Assembly (NCBI RefSeq): GCF_004010195.1
Contig: NC_057720.1
Location: 91,523,319-91,587,318 of the forward strand
Reading direction: 5' to 3'
Length of the DNA: 64,000 nt
Origin: Chiloscyllium plagiosum
Taxonomy: Eukaryota
Every line of letters starts with the position of its first letter. Position 1 is the first letter of the stretch. Both the position numbers and the translations under genes were made by a program. The notes under the pieces are model-generated. The model was not told where the DNA came from. It saw only the letters and a list, made by a program, of their open reading frames with translations, and did no database searches. Positions 36,405 to 46,914 of the stretch are shown in pieces.

Positions 36405-39400
36405 TCCCCTTTTTATCTTTTTTCTTTTTTTTCACTTTTTTTTATATAACCCCCACACTACCGCCTAACTGCGGTAGTGCTTATTTTTTCCCCAGCACCC
36501 ATGGGTGTGTGTGTGTGCAGGTGTGAGACACAGTGAGAGACACAAAGTGCACGAATCTTTGTTCAATTTCCACCACCAGGAAGATAGGAAAACACCCGGG
36601 TGGCCAGTGACAAGCACTGCCCTTCACATCAAAGGGCAGTGCTGTGTGATCAAACAGTGAAGGGGAGGGTAGGGACTAAATGAAAATAATCTTGGAGGGG
36701 GAAATAATACACTCCACTCCCTACGGCGCCCACCTCTCCCTGAACAACTCCAGGGTGTTGGAGGACACCGCGTGCTCCTTTTCCAAGGACACCCGGGGCC
36801 CTAACGTAGACACTCCGTTTTTTTCTTTTTTTTTCTTTTTTCTTTTGTTTATTTTTTTTCTCTTTTTATTTTTAACCCCCACACTATCACCTAAATGCGG
36901 TCGTGCTTATTTTTTCCCCCAGCACCCATGGTGTGTGTGTGCAGGTGTGAGACACAGTGAAAGACACAAGGTGCATGAATTTTTATTCAATTTCCACCAC
37001 CAGGAAGATAGGAAAACACCCGGGTGGGCACTGACAAACACTGCCCTTCACATCAAAGGGCAGTGCTGTGTGATCAAACAGTGAAGGGGAGGGTAGGGAC
37101 TAAATGAAAATAGTCTTGGAGGGGGAAATAATGCACTCCACTCCCTGCGGCGCCCACCTCTCCCTGAACAACTCCAGGATGTTGGTGGACACCGCGTGCT
37201 CCTTCTCCAAGGACACCCGGGCTCTAACGTAGACAGCCCCCTTTTTTTTTTGGCCAGGCCCAGGAGCAAACCCACAAGGAGGTCGACACTCCTGTTTGTT
37301 TTTTTTCCTTTTTTTATTCTTTTTTTTTGCAGGTGTGAGACACAGTGAAAGACACAAAGTGCACGAATCTTTATTGAAATTCCACCACCAGGAAGATACG
37401 TAAACACCCGAGTGGCCAGTGACAAACACTGCCCTTCGCATCAAAGGGCAATGCTGTGTGATCAAAACAGTGAAGGGGAGGGTGGGGACTAAATCAAAAT
37501 AGAGTTGGAGGGAGAAATAATGCACTCCACTCCCTGCGGCGCCCACCTCTCCCTGAACAACTCCAGGGTGTTGGTGGACACTGCGTGCTCCTTCTCCAAG
37601 GACACCCGAGATCTAACTTAGACACCCCCCTTTTTTCTCTTTTTTTTACCTGTTTTTTTTTCTTATTAACCCCCACACTACCACCTAAGTGTGGTAGTGC
37701 TTATTTTTATCCCCAGCACCCATGGTGTGTGCGCGCAGGTGTGGGACACAGTGAGAGACACAAAGTGCATGAATCTTTGTTCAATTTCCACCACCAGGAA
37801 GATAGGAAAACACCCGGGTGGCCAGTGACAAGCACTGCCCTTCACATCAAAGGGCAGTGCTGTGTGATCAAACAGTGAAGGGGAGGGTAGGGACTAAATG
37901 AAAATAGTCTTGGAGGGGGAAATAATACACTCCACTCCCTACGGCGCCCACCTCTCCCTGAACAACTCCAGGGTGTTGGTGGACACCGCGTGCTCCTTTT
38001 CCAAGGACACCCGGGGCCCTAACGTAGACACTCTCTTTTTTTCTTTTTTTTCTTTTTTCTTTTGTTTATTTTTTTTTTCTCTTTTTATTTTTAACCCCCA
38101 CACTACCACCTAAATGCGGTCGTGCTTATTTTTTCCCCCAGCACCCATGGTGTGTGTGTGCAGGTGTGAGACACAGTGAAAGACACAAGGTGCATGAATT
38201 TTTATTTAATTTCCACCACCAGGAAGATAGGAAAACACCCGGGTGGCCAGTGACAAACACTGGCCTTCACATTAAAGGGCAGTGCTGTGTGATCAAAACA
38301 GTGAAGGGGAGATAGGGACTAAATCAAAATAGAGTTGGAGGGAGAAATGATGCACTCCACTCCCTGCGGCGCCCACCTCTCCCTGAACAACTCCAGGGTG
38401 TTGGTGGACACCGCGTGCTCCTTCTCCAAGGACACCCGGGATCTAACGTAGACACCCCCCTTTTTTCTCTATTTTTTTTCCTGTTCTTTTTTTTCTTATT
38501 AACCCCCACACTACCACCTAAGTGCGGTAGTGCTTATTTTTTTCCCCAGCACCCATGGTGTGAGCGCGCAGGTGTGAGACACAGTGAAAGACACAAAGTG
38601 CACCAATCTTTATTCAATTTCCACCACCAGGAAGATTGGAAAACACCCGGGTGGCCAGTGACAAACACTGCCCTTCACATTAAAGGGCAGTGCTGTGTGA
38701 TCAAAACAGTGAAGGGGAGGGTAGGGACTAAATCAAAATAGAATTGGAGGGAGAAATGATGCACTCCACTCCCTGCGGCGCCCACCTCTCCCTGAACAAC
38801 TCCAGGGTGTTGGTGGACACCGCGTGCTTCTTCTCCAAGGACACCCGGGCTCTAACGTACGCTCCCCTTTTTTTTTCTTCTTTTTTTTTAGTGCTGTGTG
38901 ATCAAAACAGTGAAAGGGAGGGTAGGGACTAAATCAAAATAGAGTTGGAGGGAGAAATACTGTCCAGGTTTTTTTTACTTTTTTTCTTTTTCTTTTTTTT
39001 CCCCAGCACCCATGGTGTGTGTGTGCAGGTGTGAGACACAGTGAAAGACACAAAGTGCACGAATCTTTATTCAAATTCCACCACCAGGAAGACAGGAAAA
39101 CACCCAGGTGGCCAGTGACAAACACTGACCTTCACATCAAGGGGCAGTGCTGTGTGATCAAAACAGTGAAGGGGAGGGTGAGGACTAAATCAAAATAGAA
39201 TTGGAGGGAGAAATAATGCACTCCACTCCCTGCGGCACCCAACTCTCCCTGAACAACTCCAGGGTGTTGGTCGACACCGCGTGCTCCTTCTCCAAGGACA
39301 CCCGGGCTCTAACGTAGACACCCCCCTTTTTTCTTTTATTTTACGTGTGAGACACAGTGAGAGAATCTCCTGTTTTTTTTTCTGGACCTGTTAATGGCCA

Positions 39401-39791
39401 GTTTGGGTCCCTTTTTTTTCCCCCCCAGCACCCATGGTGTGTGTGTGCAGGTGTGAGACACAGTGAAAGACACAAAGTGCACGAATCTTTATTCAAATTC
39501 CACCACCAGGAAGATAGGCAAACACCCAGGTGACCAGTGACAAACAGTGCCCTTCACATCAAAGGGCAGTGCTGTGTGATCAAAACAGTGAAGGGGAGGG
39601 TAGGGACTAAATCAAAATAGAATTGGAGGGAGAAATAATGCACTCCACTCCCTGCGGCGCCCACCTCTCCCTGAACAACTCCAGGGTGTTGGTCGACACC
39701 GCGTGCTCCTTCTCCAAGGACACCCGGGCTCTAACGTAGACACCCCCCTTTTTTCTTTTTTTTTCTTTTTTTTTTCTAGTTATTTTTTTTT
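36405..39791 (-). mobile_element. Tandem concatemer of 8 short 3'-end copies plus 4 small fragments of a Tx1/L1-clade non-LTR retroelement, each with its own poly(A)
   Basis: Units of about 300-365 bp separated by T tracts on the plus strand. The minus strand encodes a Tx1-like ORF2 C-terminus (YVRARVSLEKEHAVSTNTLELFRERWAPQGVECIISPSNSILI*) followed by AATAAA in several units. TTCTGACAC flanks the array at 36396-36404 and 39790-39798. Confidence 0.8.
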
Positions 39792-41679
39792 CTGACACAG
39801 TCAGGGACACCGCGTGGTGCTGACGGTCATGCTGCTGGTGGTAAAGGTCGCATTTCATCTGGAACTGCACTCCCTCCCTAAACACTCCCCTCTTGTCCCC
39901 ACATACCTCACTACAGCTCCTGGAGATGCCAGCTAGCACCCTGTGCCCTCGCTCAGTCTCCATTGACCGTGCCTCCATTAGCCTTGACCCTCCTCCCAAG
40001 CACTTATTTGGGCCTTCACTTAAGGTTGAGCCATTTCCTCTGACCCTTGATGATGAGTTTGCCGTCTTGGAACTGTCTAACCTAGTCACCATTAACCTGT
40101 ACTGCCCTCTCAGCATGGAGCGTAGATTGATACAGCACAGAAAAGGCCCTTTAGCCCATTGAGTCTGCACAGACATAACTACCACTAAAGGCACTCTAAT
40201 CCCAATTTCCTGCATTTATCCCAAATCCTTGAATGTTATGATATTTAAATGTTGTAAGGTTTCCAGTCTCCACTACCTTCCCTGATAGGGGGTTGTGTGT
40301 TTATAATAGCTCTTGTGGTTGAAGAATCAAGGGATATGGGGTAGGGAGGGATTACAGTATAGTGCTCCATTACCAGCCACAATCATATTGAATGGCATAG
40401 CAGGCTGGAGGGGCCAAATGGCCTACTCCTGCTCCTATCCTCGATGTTTCTATGTAGCGTAAAATAGATTGCCAGGTGGAGGGCACTCTGTCAGATGGGT
40501 AAGTATCCATTCACAGACTCCCCCCACACTACTCCCCTTCCATTTTAATTGAGTCCACTCCCCCTCTTCCTATGTATTTGTTATCTGACCAGTGACCACA
40601 CCTCCCCTTCACCACCCCGGCAGGGAGCTGTGCTAATAACCCATCGTTTGTTTTAATTTACTAACTGGGTGATGTGGATGGGGTTTTCGAAAACAGGAAG
40701 AGCTGAATTCTTATCGCCCCTTGTGCTGATTTAGTTGTGTGCCTCCCTCAATATGAGCGACACAGCTGCCTCACAGAGCCAGGGACCTATGTTCGAGAAT
40801 CATACAGCACAGAAATAGGCCCTTTGGCCCACCAGGTCAATGCTGACCAACAAACACTAAACTAGACTAATCCCATTCATCCGTAGTTGTCTGGAGACTC
40901 CTATGCCCTGGCATTATAAGTGCTCATCCAAATGTTTTTTAAAGTTTGTGAGATTTTCAGCCTGCACCACCCGCTCAGGCAGCATGTTCCATATACCTAC
41001 CACACGCTGGGTCAAAAAATACTTCCACCTTAATCTTTTGACCGCTGTTCTTAAACAGGTCTGGGTGAGGAGCGGAAGCTGCAGAACAGTGTGAGAGGTC
41101 AGGAGCGGAGAGAGGGAGAACAGTTTGAGGGTGAGGAATGGAGGCTGGAGCAGGAAGACACTTGTGTTCTGGAAAGCAGCACATATAGGGAAGAGATCCA
41201 AGAGCTGATAGGAATAGTCTCCATGCTTCCTAACAGTAGCTTTATGGTGGGAAAGAGAATAAATCAGGAGATAATGAGGGCTTGGAACAAAGGCTGCTCA
41301 TTAATTACAAATGATTAATTACAATTAATCCTCATGTTGATTATTTAGAGTCAGATTTTTCTTTTTAATTCTTTCACGGGATGAAGGCGTCCCTGATGAG
41401 GACAGCATTTATTGCCCACCCCTAATTGCCTCAGAGGGCAGTTAACAGTCAACCACATTGCTGTAGGATTCCCATGTAGGCCAGACCAGGGAAGGATGAC
41501 AGTTCCCTTCCCTAAAGGACATTAATGAAATGGATGTGTTTTCCTGACAATCGACATGGATTTATGGTTATCGTTAGGCTCTTAATTGCAGATTTTTAAA
41601 ATTGATTACAAATTCCCCCATCTGCCATAGTGGGATTTGAACCTGCGTCCCCAGAACCATATCTGGGTCTCTGTGCATT

Positions 41680-42250
41680 AATTACAGAAGGTTAGTATGT
41701 AGGTACAGCAAGTAATCAGGAAAGCTCATAGAACGTTATGGTCTGTTGTGAGGGGAGACTGTTCAGAGGATGTTCCCCAGACTGATCCCAGGGATGAAAG
41801 GGCTGTCCTACGATGGAGCAGGTAAAGAGCTTGGGCTTGTACTCGCTGGAGTTCAAAAGAATGAGGAGGGATCTAATTGAGGGAGAGAAAATGGGAAAGG
41901 GGATTGATAAGGTGGATGTTGAATACATGCTCCCCCTTGCAGGACAGTCTGGAACAAGAGGTCATCGATATAGAGTGAGAGGAGGTCGGTTCAGAACTGA
42001 GCTGAGGAGAAACTACATCTCCCAGAGGATTGTGAATCTGTGAAACTCAATGCCCCAGAGTGCAGTGGAGGTAGAATCAATCAACAGGTTCAAGAAAGAT
42101 GTGTTTCTGATGGAAAGTGAGATAAAGAGCGATGGGGAGCAGGCAGGAGAGTGGAGTTGAGACCAGGATAAGATCAGCCATGGTCATGTTAAATAGCGGA
42201 GCGGGCTCGAAGGGCTGAATTGCCTCCCCCCGCTCCTAATTCCTATGTTG
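41680..42250 (+). mobile_element. CR1-clade 3' fragment
   Basis: LGLYSLEFKRMRRDLIE...RRNYISQRIVNL and a typical 3' tail. Confidence 0.75.
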
Positions 42251-44057
42251 AACACAAGTCAAGGCTGACACTGTAAAACTGAGGGAGCTGTTGTCTTTCA
42301 GGTCAGATACAAAACAAGGGTTCTGCCACAATATATCGAACTGTACTATCTCTCCCAGTGACAAGTGCTGGAATTTGAATTCAAATCACAAAGCAAGCCT
42401 CATTAATGGTGACCACGATAATGATCCCTGATTGCTGTCCAGCCTCAGCCTTCCCCAGTCTGGACTTCATGTGACTCCAGCCCCACAGCAACCTGGTTAA
42501 CTCTTAGGTGCCTTCTGAGGGGCTACAGCAAGGCCAGCAGCTCAAGGGCAATTAGTCTTAGGTAACAAATGTTGATCTATGCTAGTGACACCCATCTCCC
42601 AGAAAACAGAATTCAAGAGAGATTGGTGTCAGCCAAAATTGTCAGATCAGACTCCCAATGAGATGGGGAGATGGTTAAAGATGAATTCAGCTCAGTAAGG
42701 AACAGGTCCCCACTTGTTAACATATTGTCACTGACAAAATAAGTGAGAGAAAACAGCAAACTAAAGGTGAGAACACTCGAATGTGGGAATATCAGTGAAA
42801 ATTCAGGCAACTGAAGGAAAATATGAAGAACTGCAAAGGAGGACAAAAAGGAAGCAAGAGTTACAGAAAGTGATGGAGAGAGAGACCTGCAAGGGGTCAC
42901 AAGAATAACACAAATGTTTTACATGAAAATTAGAAAATCAAGGGGGCTCCAGTGCAATGTGAGCCCTTTAAAATCAAACTGGGAATTCCATGAATGAGAC
43001 TAAGGGAATGGCCGATATGTCCAATAATTAGTTGTGTCAGTCCTCACAGTCAAGGAATGGGATAATGCAGCTTACATTCCAGGGAGGTCCTGCCACAATT
43101 GAAGACTGGAATTCGCAAAACTTGATACATGCCAGAAAACAGCATTGGAAAGCGAGCAGCTCTAAAGGCTGACAGATCTCCAGGACCTCAGGGGTTTAAA
43201 GGAAGGGGTGGGGGGGGGATGAAGTTTCAGAAGCTTTTCCCATCAGGTTCCAAAACAGCAACCATTTCTTTAGTTTGGAAAATGTCTTGCTGTAACTCCA
43301 CGGGTTCAAGAAAGATGAGAGAGGGAACCGAGGAAATTACATTCTGGTCAAGCTCACATCTGTTTTAGGGGTTTCATTGGAATCTATAATTAACAGCCAA
43401 GAGAATGAACATGTGGACAATTGGAAATAGCCCCCATAGATTTGTGATGGGTAGGTTCTGACTAACGAGTCAAATGCATAAACTAAAATAGTCGAAAGGG
43501 CAGAAAGTCTTATCAACTTTCAGAAGCACTCAATAATTTCCCACAAAACAGTCTGCTGACCAAAGTTAAAACCCATGGGATTGAAGATGAATGTTTGACT
43601 TGGTTCAGAGGCTGGTTTAGTGACAGACGACAGAGAAAGAAAGTGACGAGTGGTGTTCCACAAGGATTCTGTGTTGAGGTCTTAACTACGTACTGTATGT
43701 AATAATGAGAATCATAGTTCCACATTGACACAAAGACTGATGGAATAGTAAGCAGTGCAGATGGTCTTTTTGTTTAAAACTCACTCCGAGGACATGGGTG
43801 TTGCTGAATTGGTCAGTATTTATTATACATTTTTGTTGTCCTTGAGAATCATAGGAGCATTATACAGAGTGGAAGCAGGCCATTCAGCCCATAAAGTCCA
43901 CACCAACCCACTGAAGAGCATCCCATCTGGACTGACCCCATCCCTGTAATGCTGCATTTCCCTTGGCTAACCCACCCAACCTGCACATCCCTCGACACTA
44001 CATGTAATTTAGCATGGCTAATCCACCTAGCCGACATATCTATGATTTGGAGATGCC

Positions 44058-44273
44058 GGTGTTGGACTGGGGTGTACAAAGTTAAAAATCACACAATACC
44101 AGGTTATAGTCCAACAGGTTTAATTGGGAGCACACTAGCTTTCGGAGCAACGCTCCTTCATCAGGTGATTGTGTCAGGTGACAATCACCTGATGAAGGAG
44201 TGTCGCTCCGAAAGCTAGTGTACTTCCAATTAAACCTGTTGGACTATAACCTGGTATTGTGTGATTTTTAACT
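44058..44273. mobile_element. Penelope-like terminal repeat in inverted (foldback) arrangement with two hammerhead-like cores
   Basis: Arms about 44080-44172 and 44181-44273 are near-perfect reverse complements; CTGATGA-A-GGAG..CTCC-GAAA at 44189-44213 (+) and 44164-44140 (-). Confidence 0.7.
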
Positions 44274-44943
44274 ACATATCTATGGACTGTGTGGAGAAAA
44301 CTCACTCAGACATGGGGAAAATGTGCAAACACCACACAGAGAGTCGTCCCAGGGTAGAATTGAACACGGTCCTTGATGCTGTGAGTTAGCAGCATGAACC
44401 ACTGAGCCACAATGCTACCCTTTGTAAGATGGTAGTGAGCTGCCTTCTTGAACCGCTGAAATCCATGTGCTGTAGATAAACCCAGAATGCTCTTAGGGAG
44501 GGGTTTGTCCCTGTGACAGTGAAGGAACAGTAACATATTTTCAAATCAGGATGCGATGTAGATTAGAGTGGAATGTGCAGGTGGTGGTGTTCTGTGTATC
44601 TGCTGCCCTTGTCCTTCAAGTGGAAATAGTCATGAGTTTGGAAGGTGCTGTCTCAGGAGACTTGGTGAATTTCTGCAGTGCATCTTGTAGATGGTGCACA
44701 CGGCTAGTACTGAGCATCAGCGGTGGAGGGAGTGGATGTTTGTAGACCTGGTGCCAATCAAGCAGGCTGCTTTGTATTGGATGATATCAAGCTTCTTGAC
44801 TGTTTTTGGAGCTGCACCCATCCAGGCAAGTGGGGAGTAACCCACCACAGTCCTATCCAAATCTTGACTGATCTTTTCTTAATTCATTTCTAGGATTGGG
44901 TATCACTTGGTACGCCAGCATTTATTGCCCAGAATCAAATGGT

Positions 44944-45217
44944 GTGGCATTGTGGCTCACACTGCTACCCCACAGCACAGGGACCGGAGTTTGATTCCAC
45001 ACTCCGGCAACTGACTGTGTGGAGTTTGCACATTCTCCCTGTGCCTGCCTGGGTTCCCTCCAGGTGATCTGGTTTCCTCCCACAGTCCAAACATGTGCGG
45101 GTTAGGTGGAATGGCCATGGGAAATGCAAGGTTATAGGGGAGTGAGTTTGGGTGGGATGCTCTTTGGAGAGGCGGTACGGGCTGAATGGCCTGTTTCCAC
45201 ATTGTAGGGATTCTATG
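44944..45217 (+). mobile_element. HE1-like SINE, diverged
   Basis: Head, central domain and tail similar to 48933-49245. Further diverged copies lie at about 6085-6340 (+), 43850-44410 (-, interrupted), 45560-45843 (-) and 56425-56677 (+). Confidence 0.7.
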
Positions 45218-46914
45218 AATTTCTTCACTCAGAGGGTTTTGAATCTTTGGGATACTCATCCCCAGAGGATTATCGATACTTAGGCATTTGAATAAATTCA
45301 AGATGGAGATCATCCACATGTGGGGAAGCAATGGCCGAGTGGATCATCACGAGATTCTTAATCCAGAGAGCCCAGTAATGTTCTAGGGGACCGGGGTTCA
45401 TATCCTGGCAATGCATGGAGTGGAATTTAAATTTAAAAAACTCTGGAGTTACGAGTCTAATGACGACCATTGTTGGGGGAGAACCCTGTCGGGCCCACTA
45501 ATGTCCATCAGATTGCTGTCCTTGCCCATACTGACTCACATATGACTCCAGACCCACAGCAACATAGAATCATAAAATCCCTACTGTGTGGAAGAAGGCC
45601 ATTCAGCCCATCAAGTACAAGCAGCATCTCACCAGAACTAGCCCCCTCTCCTAACCCTACACTTCCATGGCCAATCCACCTAACCTGCACACCTTTAGAC
45701 TGAGAGAGGAAACTAGGGTGTCTGGAGGAAACCGGCACAGTCACAGGGGGAACATGCATACTCCACACAGACAGTCACCTGAGGGTGGAAGCGAAGCCAG
45801 GTCCCTGGCACTGTAAGGCAGTGGTGCCAGCCACTGTGCCACCCATTTCTCATCTCTGATCGAAATATCTAACCCCTTATTTCCAGACTGTGACTCTGCT
45901 TTAGAATTCTCAGGTAGGGGCACATCTTTCCAAAATCTAGCCTGTCAGGGCCCTGGAGAATTTAGCGAAATCTCAACCCAAACTTCTAACTTCCAGGGAA
46001 TCTCGACCCAGTCCCCTCTCTCGATCATTAGGCAATCCACTCAACCCGTCACATGAACTGTTGCTGGGTTTGATCATCTCAGTAAGAGTTTCAAGGAGGG
46101 AAGGAGAAAGAAAGTCCCTTTTGCTTTGAATTGATGCTAAAAACTGAAAAAGCAGGAAAATATTGTCACTAAGTATTGTTCACATACTCTTTCTTTTCAT
46201 TAAAGTGCTGGATGAGGTTTCTTATGAATTTCAGGAGGTCACTGGTGGTGTCCTTATATTCTTTATTCTTGCCTTGCCTCTTGTTCACGTCATTTAGGAA
46301 AACAGAGTCAACCGAGAAGGAAATGAACAGCAGAGTTTGTTTTCCTCTTGATTAAATTCACCTTGCTTGCTCCTCTGAGCATCTGAAGAAAGGGCAAGGC
46401 TCTGAAAGATTATGTTTTCTCATAAACCTGTTGGACTATAACCTGGTGTCGTATGATTTTTGACCTTGTCCTCTGATCACATTCAGGTTATTCCCACGAG
46501 CACTGCATGTTCTTGCTTCTCCAGACCAGGAGGTGGCTATCTTGACAATGGATTTCACAATGGTCTCCATCAGAGAGGACCCACAAATCAGGGACAGTGA
46601 TCAGAGATTACAGGCTCCTCAGTCCCAGATCCGAGCACAATGGGCCCCCTGGGGTCCCGGATACTGGACATTGCGTCCCAGGCTCTGTACATAATGCAAA
46701 TGGTGAGACTGATCCTTCTGATTGTTCCCAATCTCACCAGGTCTCTCCAGTCACTGAGATTATTTAGATGCAGCCTTTGCCAATTAAAGACCCTGACTGA
46801 TGGGAAACAGACTGAAATGGGTCAATAATACAGTATTGGGGAGTTACAGACACATATTGTCAAATGGAAATCTGATGTAATGGCTCTGACAAAGACCGGG
46901 TGGGACTGGGGATT

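Noticed and set aside
36405-39791. Array as a CRISPR, an RSS array (each unit has CACAGTG) or a class-switch region
   Set aside because: The DNA is eukaryotic; units are over 300 bp with poly(A) tails and LINE ORF ends; there are no unique spacers and no nonamers.
39607-40215. 202-aa minus-strand ORF as a gene
   Set aside because: It is a chance read-through of flank, poly(A) (Lys run) and the Tx1-like C-terminus, with no coherent domain.
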